Shown here in pieces: positions 49,889-63,369 of a stretch of 64,000 nt of DNA. Every line of letters begins with the position of its first letter. The first letter of the stretch is position 1. The stretch is from Pristiophorus japonicus. Its lineage: Eukaryota. The notes beneath the pieces are model-generated. The model had not been told where the DNA came from. It ran no database searches and worked only from the letters and a program-made list of their open reading frames with translations. Where the stretch lies: NCBI RefSeq assembly GCF_044704955.1, contig NC_091979.1, positions 162,688,001-162,752,000 on the forward strand, read 5' to 3'. The position numbers and the translations under genes are program-made.

Positions 49889-52090
49889 GCTATAAAAAGG
49901 ATATAGAGGCACTGGAGAGGGTGTTGAGACGATTTACAAGGATGATTCCATAAATTCGAGGGTATACATATCAGGAAAGGATGAACAGGCTTGGTCTCTT
50001 TTCTCTTGGAAAAAAAAAGGATGATAGGTCACATAATAGAGGTCTTTAAAATTATGAAAGGTTTTGGTAGAGTGGATACAGAGAGAATGTTTCCACTTGT
50101 GGTGAAGAACATAATTAGAGGCCATCAATATAAGATAGTCACCAAGAAATCCAATAAGGAATTAGAAGAAACTTCTTTAACCAAAGAATGGTGAGAATGT
50201 GAAACTTGCTACCACAGGGTGTAGTTGAAGCGAATAGTATAGATGCATTTAAGGGGCGGCTAGCCAAGCATACTGTGATATCTTCACAGAGCACAGCACA
50301 CACAGCTCCTAACATGGCAGGTTCTATTTATTATTAACCCTGCACTTGCAGCATACAATACATCCACATCCACAGTGTGGAGCTACAAACATTATAAGCT
50401 TACAAACATTACACTTCTCCCTCCTTAATGAAGAAGCCATCATAACAAACATCATACATAACTTTCATATTTATACATAACACAGGATATATCTTATTTT
50501 TTTTTCCATATTTACAAATTTAACTTTACCACTTATTTTCTGTTTCGAAGAGGATACCTTCGCTCTCGAACAGAACCTTCCAAACATGGTGTCGAATCTA
50601 AACTCATTCAAGGCTCATCCTGAGGAATGTTTTCCTCCACAGAATTTATTTGATTTTCATTTGAACACACTCGAACTTCAGGCTCTTTGTTTTCCTGACT
50701 CGGACTCAGATTTTCAAATAGATTCTCTCCTGGATTTGTTTCCAGTACATTGGATTTAGGATTTGTTACTGGTGTATCAAAACTATCTGATGAGTCAGAA
50801 ATAATTGAATCATTCCCAACTTCAACTCCTTCCATGTCTTTGGTAAAATATGATCAATATGAACAAACCTAACCTGTCCATTATCAAACATATTTACCAA
50901 ATATGTGCGAGGACCACATATCTTCACCACTCTTCCTGGTAACCACTTTAACCATTTATGGTGATGGTTTTTCACTCTCACCTTCTGGTTTAATTTCACA
51001 CTTCTCTCTATTACTCTACCTCTATCACAATTCTCTTTCTGTCTTAATTGTGTCTCTTCTATGGACTGTGCCAAATTTGGCTTTAACAACGAGAATCTGG
51101 TTCGTGGCTGTCATTTGAGAAACAACTCTGCTGGTGTTCTAAGAGTAGTTGTATGAGGAGTAGTTCGATATGTAATCAAAAAATTAGACAATTTGTGATC
51201 CAATGCCAACTGTCGCTTCCTTGGATTTGGATCTAACATTTGTTTTATGAGGGCATGTTTTACAATGTGTACAGTGCGCTCTGCTGCACCATTCGAAGCA
51301 GGATGGTATGGTGGAACCTTGGTATGTTTCACAACATTTTTACTCATGAATTGTGCAAATTCTTCTGAACGGAATTGTGGTCCATTATCCAAAACAATTT
51401 CTTCAGGGAGGCCAAATGAAGAAAATAATTTTCGTAAAATGTCCAATGTTTTGCTTGTTGTTATTTTCCACATTGGAAACACCTCAACCCACTTTGACTG
51501 GCTATCAATCACAATGAACAATTGTTGTGCTTCTAACTCATCAAAATCAATACGTAGCCTTTGCCACACCCTGGGAGGCCATTTCCATGGCTGTAATGGA
51601 ACTGGTGGTGGTTGCTTACCGATTGACATGTCTTACATTGACTCACGATGTACTCTATATCTTTATCAAGACCTGGCCACTATAAATAACTGCGTGCAAA
51701 ACTCTTGGTCAAGCACATTCCCAGGTGCTGGTCATGGAGGTCTCCTAATAATTTGGACCTGAATTTATTTGGTATAACCACTCTTGCACCCCACATGGTA
51801 CAATCTTTATCGACTGATAATTCATTCCTACGAATGAAGAATGGATGTGTATCTTTGTCTGTTACTTGGTTTGGCCATCCATTTGCAATATACTCATACT
51901 CCTTTGACATCACTGGGTCACGTTTGGTTGCTCTACTAATCTCTTCAGCTGTGACTGGCAGTTCATCAATGTATGAAAAATAAAACACTTCTTCCCTATC
52001 GGGTGTAACTTGTGATGGGGAAGGCAATCTTGACATTGCATCAGCATTACTGTGATCAGCTGATCGTCTGTATTCAATATCATATGGAAT

Positions 52091-52319
52091 ACCTGTGGAA
52101 TTCTCTACCACAGAAAGTTGTTGAGGCCAATTCACTAAATATATTCAAAAAGGAGTTAGATGAGGTCCTTACTACTAGGGGGATCAAGGGGTATGGCGAG
52201 AAAGCAGGAATGGGGTACTGAAGTTGAATGTTCAGCCATGAACTCATTGAATGGCGGTGCAGGCTAGAAGGGCCGAATGGCCTACTCCTGCACCTATTTT
52301 CTATGTTTCTATGTTTCTA
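52091..52319 (+). mobile_element. Short CR1 3' fragment inserted in Gypsy pol
   Basis: LWNSLPQKVVEANS...GMGY plus tail. The Gypsy frame SAYTY|DIEY rejoins across it. Confidence 0.9.
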
Positions 52320-54438
52320 TATGTATACGCTGACAGAATCAAAGCCCAGCTCTGCATTCGGGCTGCAGCTAATGTTGGAACTGGGGACTTTGGATGGAGG
52401 ATTGCTGTTAGGGGCTTTTGGTCCGTAACGATGGTAAACTTATGACCATACAAGTATTTGTGAAATTTCTTGACCCCAAAAATGAATGCCAAAGCTTCCC
52501 TTTCAATTTGCGCATAATTACTCTCACTGACACTGAGAATGCGTGAAGCAAAAGCAATTGGTCTCTCCTTCCCACTACTTAATACATGAGAGATTACTGC
52601 CCCACCTCCATATGTAGAGACATCACATGCTAGCTTAATCTCCTTAGATATGTCATAGTGAACTAACATGGTGCTCTCTACCAATTTGCTTTTACACTCC
52701 TTAAATGCTGTATCGCATTCTTTTGACCACTTCCAATGGACCTGTTTTTTCAAAAGTTCATTCAGTGGATGTAATACTGTAGCCAAATTTGGTAGGAACT
52801 TCCCATAATAGTTCAAAAGACCCAAGAATGAATGAAGTTCATTGACATTCCTGGGAGTGGGTGCTTTTCTAATTGCATCCAATTTTTCCATGGTTGGATG
52901 TAAACCATCTTTGTCTACTCTGTACCCTAAGTAATCCACTGAGCAGACACTCGTACTCTGTGCTTCTCTAGCCGTTTGAGGACTTCATTCAATATGTTAT
53001 TATGAATTTGCCTATTTGGTGCTGAAATTAGTATGTCATCCAAATAACATACTACCCCTTTAATACCTTGCAAAATCTGGTTCATCACCCCTTGGAATAC
53101 GGCAGGGGCGGAAGACACTCCAAACGGTAGCCTATTAAATTGATATCGGCCGTGGTGAGTATTTATAGTCAAACATGACTTGGACTCCTCATCTAGTTCA
53201 AGATGTAAGTAGGCATTCATAAGATCCAGTTTTGAGAAGATCTGACCACCTGTCAGTGTTATGAACAAATCTTCTATATTCGGCAATGTATTGGGGACAT
53301 TACCCTCGAGAACCTGGTTTACGGTTACTTTATAATCACCACACAATCTTACCTTACCTTACAACAACAATGGGTGTAGCCCAATTACATCAATCTATCT
53401 TACAAATAACGTTCTCAGTCTCTAGTCTTTTGAGTTCTTACTCAACTTTCTCCTTGAGTGCATATGGTACGGAACGTGGCTTGTAGTAAACTGATCTAGC
53501 ATCGTTCTGTACCCTGACACTCACCTTGAAGCCTTGGATCGGACTGCCCGTTTCGCAGAACACCATTGGATTCTGCTTGACAACCTCATCCGTTGATGAA
53601 AATCTCGCTTCCACACAGAAAATCTTACTCCAATCCAGCTTCAGTGAGCTCAACCAATTTCTTCCTAGTAAGGCAGGCTTTTCTCATTTCACTACTATTA
53701 GAGGCAAGTTCTGAAATTGATCTTTATATTTCATCGGTACGGTGATACGACTTACCACAGGAATTTTCTCTCCCGAGTAGCCTCGCAGCTCAATCTTGGA
53801 TTTCTGCAGTTGGAAATCACGCAATTTGTCGAGGTAAAGCGACTCCGGTACTACACTCACGGATGCACCCGTGTTAATTTCTATTGGTTTCTTGAATCCC
53901 GCAACATCTATGTGGAATTTGATGCTTTCCAAATCGCTGTCCGTTAATCTCGTGCTCCTGATGACGTGTAACTCTAACATCTCCTCGTCCTGTTGTTGTT
54001 CTTCCATGCTATGTAGTCTCTTAGGATTTCTACTCATAGCTTTGAACGCTGGACTCATAGCTTTAAAAGCTGGTTTACCCTTCAGTCGGCATGCCTTCGC
54101 AAGCTGCCCAGTCTTCCTGCAGAAGAAAAACTCTGCCTTGATGTATGGACAACTTTGAGCAATGTGTTGTCCCAAGCACCTATAGCACGACTTCGACGCT
54201 CTGTTAGAATTTCCGGTTTCTGAGACTTTGGGCCATGCCCACCTTTTACGTTGAACCTGCAGGCGATTTACCTCGGTTGACTGACAAGTAATCTCAAAAG
54301 TCAAGTCATCCGTCGTCAATAACTTCCTTCTGATCGCATCATTTTTCACCCCACAAACAAAACTATCCCGTAATGCTCAGTTTTGAAAGTTTCCAAAATT
54401 ACAGTGCATCGATAGCTTTTTTAATGCAACGATGTAAT

Positions 54439-57400
54439 AGAAACATAGAAATATCGAAAATAGGTGCAGCAGTAGGCCATTCGGCCCTTCGAGCCTGCAC
54501 CGCCATTCAATGAGTTCATGGCAGAACATGGAACTTCTTACCCCATTCCTGCTTTCTCGCCATACCCTTTCGTCGCCCTAGTAGTAAGGACGACATCTAA
54601 CTCCTTTTTGAATATATTTAGTGAATTGGCCTCAACAACTTTCTGTGGCAGAGAATTCCACAGGTTCACCACTCTCTGGGTGAAGAAGTTTCTCCTCATC
54701 TCGGTCATAAATGGCTTACCCCTTATCCTTAGACTGTGACCCCTGGTTCTGTACTTCCCCAACATTGGGAACATTCTTCCTGCATCTAACCTGTCTAAAC
54801 AAGTCAGAATTTTAAACGTTTCTATGAGATCCCCTCTCATTCTTCTGAACTCCAGTGAATACAAGCCCAGTTGATCCAATCTTTCTTGATATGTCAGTCC
54901 CACCATCCCGGGAATCAGTCTGGTGAACCTTTGCTGCACTCCCTCAATAGCAAAAACATCCTCCCTCAAGTTAGGAGCCCAAAACTGTACACAGTACTCC
55001 AGGTGTGGCCTCACCAAGGCCCTGTACAACTGTAGTAACACCTCCCTGCCCCTGTACTCAAATCCCCTCGCTATGAAGGCCAACATGCCATTTGCTATCT
55101 TAACCGCTTGCTGTACCTGCATGCCAACCTTCAATGACTGATGTACCATGACACCCAGGTCTCGTTTCACCTCCCCTTTTCCGAATCTGTCACCATTCAG
55201 ATAATAGTCTGTCTCTCTGTTTTTAACCACCAAAGTGGATAACCTCACATTTATCCACATTATACTTCATCTGCCATACATTTGCCCACTCACCTAACCT
55301 TTCCAAGTAACTCTGCAGCCTCATAGCATCCTCCTTGCAGCTCACACTGCCACCCAACTTAGTGTCATCCGCAAATTTGGAGATACTACATTTAATCCCC
55401 TCATCTAAATCATTAATCTACAATGTAAACAGCTGGGGCCCCAGCACAGAACCTTGCGGTACCCCAATAGTCACTGCCTGCCATTTCTAAAAGTACCCAT
55501 TTACTCCTACTCTTTGCTTCCTGTCTGCCAACCAGTTCTCAATCCACGTCAGCACACTACCCACAATCCCATGTGCTTTAACTTTGCACACTAATCTCTT
55601 TTGTGGGACCTTGTCGAAAGCCTTCTAAAAGTCCAAATTAACCACATCAACTGGTTCTCCCTTGTCCACTCTACTGGAAACATCCTCAAAAAATTCCAGA
55701 AGATTTGTCAAGCATGATTTCCCTTTCACAAACCCATGCTGACTTGGATGTATCATGTCACCTTTTTCCAAATGCGCTGCTCTGACATCCCTAATAATTG
55801 ATTCCATCATTTCACCCACTACCGATGTCAGGCTGATCGGTCTATAATTCCCTGTTTTCTCTCTCCCTCCTTTTTTAAAGGGTTACATTGGCTACCTTCC
55901 ACTCCATAGGAACTGATTCAGAGTCTATGGAATGTTGGAAAATGACTGTCAATGCATCTGCTATTTCCAAGGCCACCTCCTTAAGTACTCTGGGATGCAG
56001 TCCATCAGGCCCTGGGGATTTATCGGCCTTCAATCTCACCAATTTCCCCAACACAATTTCCCGACTAATAATGATTTCCCTCAGTTTCTCCTTCTTACTC
56101 GACCCTCTGGCCCCTTTTATATCCGGAAGGTTGTTTGTGTCCTCCTTAGTGAATACCGAACCAAAGTACTTCTCAATTGGTCTGCCATTTCTTTGTTCCC
56201 AGTTACAACTTCCCCTGATTCTGACTGCAGGGGACCTACGTTTGTCTTTACTAACCTTTTTCTCTTTACATATCTATAGAAGCTTTTGCAGTCCATTTTA
56301 ATGTTCCCTGCAAGCTTCCTCTCGTACTCTATTTTCCCTGACCTAATCAAACCCTTTGTCCTCCTTTGCTGAGTTCTAAATTTCTCCCAGTCCCTGGGTT
56401 CGCTGCTATATTGGCCAATTTGTATGCCACTTCCTTGGCTTTAATACTATCCCTGATTTCCCTTGATAGCCACGGTTGAGCCACCTTCCCTTTTTTATTT
56501 TTACGCCAGAAAGGGGTCGACAATTGTGGTAGTTCATCCATGCGGTCTCTAAATGTCTGCCATTGCCCATCCACAGTCAACCCCTTAAGTATCATTCACC
56601 AATCTATCCTAGCCAATTCACCTCTCATTCCTTCAAAGTTACCCTTCTTTAAGTTCTGGACCATGGTCTCTGAATTAACTGTTTCATTCTCCATCCTAAT
56701 GTAGAATTCCACCATATTATGGTCACTCTTCCCCAAGGGGCCTCGCACAACGAGATTGCTAATTAATCCTCTCTCATTAACAACACCCAGTCTAAGATGG
56801 CCACCCCCCTAGTTGGTTCCTCAACATATTGGTCTTGAAAAGTATCCCTTATGCACTCCAGGAAATCCTCCTCCACCGTATTGCTTCCAGTTTGGTTAGC
56901 CCAATCTAGATGCACATTAAAGTCACCCATGATAACTGTTGCACCTTTATTGCATGCACCCCTAATTTCCTGTTTGCTGCCCTCCCTAACATCACTACTA
57001 CTGTTTGGAGGTCTGTACACAACTCCCACTAGTGTTTTATGCCCCTTGGTATTCCATAGCTCCACCCATACCGATTCCACATCATCCAAGCTAATGTCTT
57101 TCCTTACAATTGCATTAATTTCTTCTTTAACCAGCAACGCCACCCGCCTCCTTTTCCTTTCTGTCTATCCTTCCTAAATGTTGAATACCCTTGGATGTTG
57201 AGTTCCCAGCCTTGGTCACCCCTGAGCCATGTCTCTGTGATGCCAACCACATCGTATCCGTTAACTGCTATCTGCACAGTTAATTTGTCCACCTTATTCC
57301 GAATACTCCTGGCATTGAGGCACAGTGCCTTCAGGCTTTCCTTTTTAACACACTTAGACCATTTAGAATTTTGGTGTAAAGTGGCCCTTTTAGTTTTTTG

Positions 57401-58062
57401 CCTTGGGTTTCTTTGCCCTCCACTTTACTCATCATTTTCTGTCTTTTGCTTCTGTCTCCATTTTATTTCCCTCTGTCTCCCTGCATTGGTTCCCATCCCC
57501 CTGCCATATTAGTTTAACTCCTCCCCAACAGCACTAGCAAACACTCCTCCTCGGACATTGGTTCCAGTCTGGCCTAGGTGCAGACCGTCCTATTTGTACT
57601 GGTCCCACCTCCCCCAGAACCGGTTCCAATGCCCCAGGAATTTGAATCCCTCCCTGCTGCATCATTGCTCAAGCCACGTATTCATCTGAGCTATCCTGCG
57701 ATTCCTACTCTGACTAGCACGTGGCACTGGTAGCAATCCCGAGATTACTACTTTTGAGGTTCTACTTTTTAATTTAGCTCCTAGCTCCTTAAATTCGTCT
57801 CGTAGGACCTCATCCCGTTTTTGACCTATATCGTTGGTACCAATGTGCACCATGACAACTGGCTGTTCACCCTCACAACTGGCTGTTCACCCTCCCTTTC
57901 CAGAATGTCCTGCTCCCATTCTGAAACATCCTTGACCCTTGCACCAGGGAGGCAACATACCATCCTGGAGTCTCGGTTGCAGCCGCAGATACGCCTATCT
58001 ATTCCCCTTACAATTGAATCCCCTATCACTATCGCTCTCCCACTCTTTTTCCTGCCCTCTTG
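54439..58062 (-). mobile_element. Near full-length CR1 LINE (esterase ORF1 remnant + ORF2) inserted in Gypsy gag
   Basis: Esterase GDS/GTND at 57660-58060, endonuclease at 56763-57292, RT to 54538, tail at 54439. A 20-bp tandem duplication lies at 57855-57894. Confidence 0.94.
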
Positions 58063-59226
58063 ATCATTGATAAATTCATCAGCATTTTGATTCCGAATCC
58101 CGAAACGATAGCTTTCAGCAATTTCTAACGGTTTGGACTTATAGTGCTGCTCTAGCTTCGTTAAAATCGCTTTAAGCATTGTGTCCTTTGGCTCGTCAGG
58201 CACAAGCAGATTTACAAGAGTGTCATATAATGCCGGACCTGCCTCGGATAAGAAGATCGCTCTCTTACGTTTCAACACAGCCCGGTTCTGGACTGCATTG
58301 TCTGGAACTTCGATTATGTTATTTACAATGAAATACATTTCTAGCCGATCCACATACGCTTTAAAATGTTCCGTGTCTATATTCCCCCAAATGTCCGATT
58401 ACAGCTGCGGGTGCTGCCATTTTAATCTCTCGCTGTTCACACCATGTGCTGTATTTTACATTGGATTTTGTAGCTTTTTCCAAAGACAGAAGCTCCCAAA
58501 GTCTCTCTGTCGGCTGGCTGAATCCTTCAGCAACAAAATTTAAGCTTTAAATCATCCGAAAAATCCCATCTCAATCGCCAAATGTGATATCTTCACAGCG
58601 CACAACACACACAGCTCCTAACATGTCAGGCAACTCTCTCGGAAGTCTCCAGAAACCTGCCTGGTTCTGTTTATTATTAACCCTGCACTTGCAGTACACA
58701 ATACGTCCACATCCACAGTGTGGAGCTGCAAATATTACAAGCTGACAGACATTTCACATACGAGGTAGAAGGGAATATTGAGTTATGCTGATAGATTTAG
58801 ATGAGGAAAGATGGGAGGAGGCTCGAGTGAATAATAAACGCTAGCATGGACTGCTTGGGCCGAATGACCTGTTTCTGTGCCATATATCCTATGTAATCCT
58901 ATGTAATAACAATTCTGGAACAGTCACGGTTTGAAAATCACACAGTTCTGCTTTAAATAGTTTGGTGTTTGCCTCCTCCACACTATCTCCAACTATGTGC
59001 AAGGAGCTCGTGGATTTCTTTGTCACTAAAATTGAGGACAGAGGTTCAGCTGCTTCTGCCGCTTCCCTGCCTCCCTCCCAGCCCACATGGCCAAACTTCG
59101 ACTAAGGTTCACCCCTGCCCTAACCCTGAACTCCCATTTTTTCTAGTTTTTCTCCTATTGCCCCTCATCTGTTCTAAATTCAGGTTGTCCATGAGACCCA
59201 CTTACTGCACCCTCGATCCTATTCCC

Positions 59227-62200
59227 TGTTAGAAATTAGGGGTGTACAAAATATATATAGTATGCGACTAAAATTGTGAATTCACGTGTTTACATGGTTG
59301 TGTTGAACTGGAGATTATGTGTCTCCTCAAACTGGAATTAGATGATTAGAAATGCGAATGTTTTGGTTCCCTGCAGAGATGTTATAGCATTCTGCACTAT
59401 GACAACCATTTTCTGTTGTTTTCAAGTTAAGACTTCAAATTTGTTTATGTATCTTTAAGACCAAGGACTAGATTTTGCACTTTTGTGCAGATCGCCCAAA
59501 AATAGGTGGTATTTCCAGCGTGGGCAGTAAAAATGGCTTGTCGGCCATTCTCAAAGCCCCTTGCCTCAATTTTTGAAAATGGGCGTTACCGCGAGCATTA
59601 TGAAATGGGCAGTAGCGTTAAATCTCGCTGACCTTCTGCCGTAAAGTGTCGCCGTCCTTAGCAATGGCATGGCAACACTCAATTCCCGCGATTCAGGAGG
59701 TCAAGGGTCATCATGACATGCGCAGAAGAGGAGACAGAGATAGAGGGAGCTGAGAAGGACTGAAAGCATGTGTGACTGTGGTGTGTGCTTGTTTGGCTGT
59801 TGTGGGAGGGACGAGGGAGATTCACCAGCAGCAAAAAGCCCACTAAGCACCAAGAACATAGTTGGCACCGAGTTTTTATAACATGGAAGGGATGGAGGAA
59901 GCCCTGGAGCTGGTATCCAGGAACACTGCTGGTAGAGGGCTCCCAGTTGTCCCAGAGCGTGGCACTGCATGGCCTCCTCCATCCCTTCCATGCCTCACCC
60001 CCATTGCCAACGACACGAGAGTCAGGAGCAACATCTTGCTTCTGGCTCGGAGCACGTTCCCACCTCAGGACCGTCCTCTCCCGTATCCGTCCAAGCGGCG
60101 ATTCGGCCGTCATCCCCCCCCCCCAATGAAGCATCGCCTGAGGAGCTCCTCGGCCAGGCGGCTTGGTGTCAGAGGGGAAGGGGAAGGGGTAGAGGTGGGG
60201 AGGAGAAGCAGCAGGAGGGGGAAGGGTTGGTTTTTAAATAAATACTTATGATTTCAGACAAATGTTCGGTTTAAATGTTTTTTATTTAACAAAACCTTGT
60301 TGCGCATTGGCTCAGATAGCTGCACCGTTACACACCGGTGATTCCTTAACATCAAAGGGTATAATTACACTTAACTTCAATCAACTTAAACTTTAACTGT
60401 CACCAAGGTGATGCCCACCATTGATGTATGACCTGCACACCCAGCAGTGGGTCAGCCTTGTAAATACCACCAACGTTCTTTCAGGCAAAGCGCTCATTTA
60501 TGAGCTCCTGACGTAAGGCTTTTGCAGCTATCATGCCACCACAGGCCCTTTCATGCGGTCTACAGGGGAGCAGGGGCATGGCTTCATTGTCAGCCTGATT
60601 GTCTGGGACGATGTCAGCGTCCACCTCCTCGTCCTCCTCTTCCTCTCTCTGTAGTGAGATGGACTGTCAGACTCATCAGGCAATTCTTGTCCCCTCCTGA
60701 TAGCCAAGTTGTGCAGCATGGAGCACACCACCATGAATGGAGCTACCTGCTCAGGGTGGTATTGGAGCTCGTCTCTTGAGTGGTCCAGGCATCTAAAGCA
60801 CTGCTTAAGGATTCCAATGGTTTGCTCCACGATATTGCGAGTGGCTCTGTGGCTCTCGTTGTATCGCTTCTAGGCTTCGGTGTGGGTGTCACGTAGGGGG
60901 GGGTCATCAGCCAGGTGGTGAGGCCATATCCTTTGTCACCAAGCATCCAGCATTGACCTTGTGGCTGATTGTTGAACAAGTCAGATACAGTGCTCTCACG
61001 CAGGATGTGAGCATCATGGACGCTGCCCAGAAATTTAGCATTCACTGCCATAATAATTTGCTGGTGGTCGATAACGAGTTGCACATTCATGGAGTGGAAT
61101 CCCTTGCACCCTTGAAAACCTCTGCATCCTGAAAAGATGCCTGCATCACGATGTGCGTACAGTCTATTGCTTCCTGCACCTTGGGGAAGTTAGCAATTCG
61201 GTAGAATCCTAAAGCCCTCTCAGTCTGAGCCTCCCTGGTCATAGGGAAGCTGATAAAGTCCATCCTGCGTGTGTACAGGGCATCAGTAACCTGTCTAATG
61301 CAGCAATGTGTGGCGTGCTGAGACAGACCACAAATGTCGCCAGCTGAGGCCTGAAAAGAACCCGAGGCGTAGAACGACAGTGCAGTGGTGACTTTAACGT
61401 CGACAGACAGGGCAGAGCTGATAGTGCTGGAAGGCTGCAGATCTCCCCTTATGTGCTGGCATACCTCAGTGATAACGTCTTTGTGGAAGCGCAGTCTCTG
61501 AAGGCAGGTGGTGTCGGGCAAGTTGAAGTAAGACTGCTTCTCCATGTACTTGCAGGGTGCCTAACATCTGGTCCTTCTCATCAGTCTGGCACATCTTACA
61601 TTAGGCACATAATGCTGGAGAGCGTACCTTTTACCATCTCCAGTCACAGCATGTAATTGGTCATCAAGAGAGGATGAGAAAGGACAGCCCCATTCCAAAA
61701 GCTATCTGTTTTCCACCAATTGATCACAAAGAATGAATGTCCTGACGAAGTCACCTATTAAATTCCAATCGTTCACAGTATGATAAAGATGTTTGTTCAG
61801 ATGTTCACATCACCTCCAAAGATCTCCAGAGTACATCCGAACTCCCCCGAGAATGAAGCAGAGCAGCCATTTAAATGATGCGACATGTGATTTAGAATAT
61901 GGTGTCCATACCGCTATGAGTAGTTCTGGTTAGTTCCATTTTTTCCCGGCGGTATTGTGGGCGAGATGTGTGTGAGGTGGTGAAAGTGACGCTGGGCGAT
62001 CTCCTGGGCGCTAGTTTCGGCAAATGTGATCTTTACGACAAAATTAAGTGGGTGGTCGGTATTATTGAATAGCAGCGTTAATTACATGCGGAACGTAACG
62101 CTGGGTGATATTATGAGCGTTGGTTTTACCCATTCTGATGATTCTTCTCCCAAAAAGTTGGCGGGTGGTATTATTTTTTCCTGGCGTTACACACATGGAG

Positions 62201-63012
62201 AAAGTAACGCTCGGCGATAACTGTCCAAAAAATGGGCGCCAATTTTCATTTTGTTGCTAAATGGGCGATATCTGGGCGCTATACATCATTGCAGCGTTAA
62301 AATGGGTGTTATGCATGCAAAAAATTGGAAAATCTAGCCCTGAGTGTTATAGAAAGACTTAGAATGGAGGGAAGAAACAATTTGCTATGTCCTAAAGGAG
62401 ATAATGACCTAGAAGCGAGCTGCTTTCTGGTTTGGGCCTCATGCTTGTACCCGAGAAGATAGGGATGAGAGATATAAGGCACAAATTTCAAAGGAAAAAA
62501 TCCTGAGAAAGTATATACAGACAAGACCTATGGACAAGAACATGCAACATCTTTAGGGAGGGCTTTGACACAAGGGTCAATACAAAGAACTCAAAGCCCC
62601 ATTGGATATTGAGTTTTATGGGGAACCTCTATAGGTAAAAAGATCTTGTCAATATTCCTTTCCAGACCCACCCCTAAAAAGAGAATAAAAAGGACACCTA
62701 GAGAGCTTTTCAGGGGAGACGGTGGAGGTGAGAGCGATACAGATGTTGGGCTGGTCGAACACTCTTCGAGTGATCCCATGCTTACCAAAGGAGGCTCTAG
62801 ACAAAAGAAAGAGAGGTTGCTCCGAGAACTACTGGCGTGCGCCAGCCGTTTGTCTGATCGTATCGGTATCAGCTACTTGTCACGGTCGTATGGTTTTGTG
62901 ACATAACTAATGTGTTATATTCCATCTTAAACTCTGATTAAACAGATTGGTTTACAGTCGATCCTGATTGTTATAGTAACCAGATATAGCCTTAACTTGA
63001 CAATTTCTAACA
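59227..63012. mobile_element. Solo LTR (~910 bp net), interrupted by a Harbinger
   Basis: Perfect 11-bp inverted termini TGTTAGAAATT...AATTTCTAACA and a 4-bp TSD TCCC (59223-59226, 63013-63016). Confidence 0.75.
59465..62340 (-). mobile_element. Harbinger/PIF DNA transposon with frameshifted HARBI1-like transposase (61545-60531)
   Basis: TIRs GGACTAGATTTTGCACTTTTGTGCA / GGGCTAGATTTTCCAATTTTTTGCA match at 21/25. Transposase motifs are IDCTHI, NVQLV, GSVHDAHIL, GDKGYG, EQTIGILKQCFRCLD, MLHN. Confidence 0.9.
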
Positions 63013-63227
63013 TCCCACCAAACTGCTGAACACTCATCTTCCCTTCCTGGCCTCCATGTTAGCTGATATGCTTAAAGTTTCTCTCTTCAGGTACGGTCCC
63101 CCTCCCCTTCAAACCTGCTGTCATCACCCCTCTCCTCAGAACCTTCCCTCAGAATAATAAAGAGTTTGAGTTCTTGATAGATTAGCTTATACATTATCTG
63201 TGGAAGAAATATGTTTGATCATTATCT

Positions 63228-63369
63228 TAAACGATAAGAGGATAAGGAGTTATGGGGAGCGGGCAGTGTAGTGGAGCTGAGTCCATGATCAGATCAGGCA
63301 TGATCTTATTGAATGGCGGAGCAGGCTTGAGAGGCCATATACTCCTGCTCCTATTTCTTATGTTCTTAT
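63228..63369 (+). mobile_element. CR1 3' end of another subfamily (TTCTTATG tail)
   Basis: gatcaggcatgatcttattgaatggcggagcaggcttga...cctatttcttatgttcttat resembles the CR1 3' UTRs elsewhere in the window. Confidence 0.7.

Larger units (their letters stand above)
50274..58756 (-). mobile_element. Ty3/Gypsy LTR retrotransposon (LTRs 50274-50413 and 58583-58756; TSD CATAC) carrying two nested CR1 insertions
   Basis: 5-bp TSD catac at 50269-50273 and 58757-58761; PBS tggcgattga; PPT aaggagggagaag. gag with CCHC knuckles, RT CYLDDIL, RNase H and IN (ORFs 51111-54349). Confidence 0.94.
49889..58905 (+). mobile_element. CR1-group LINE 3' fragment of a second family (49889-50273 + 58757-58905), split by a Gypsy
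   Basis: KKDIEALERVLRRFTRMIP and IEVFKIMKGFGRVD motifs, with tail (tcctatgtaa)2. An apparent TSD ATAACA flanks both sides. Confidence 0.75.
58960..63145 (+). mobile_element. Old L2 fragment of the gene-4 unit (58960-59226 + 63013-63145), split by a solo LTR
   Basis: Homologous to 4530-4910. ccctattccc|accaaactg rejoins across the insertion. Confidence 0.75.

Noticed and set aside
60531-61545. Domesticated HARBI1 host gene
   Set aside because: It is frameshifted into three pieces and bounded by TIRs, so it is a decayed transposon.
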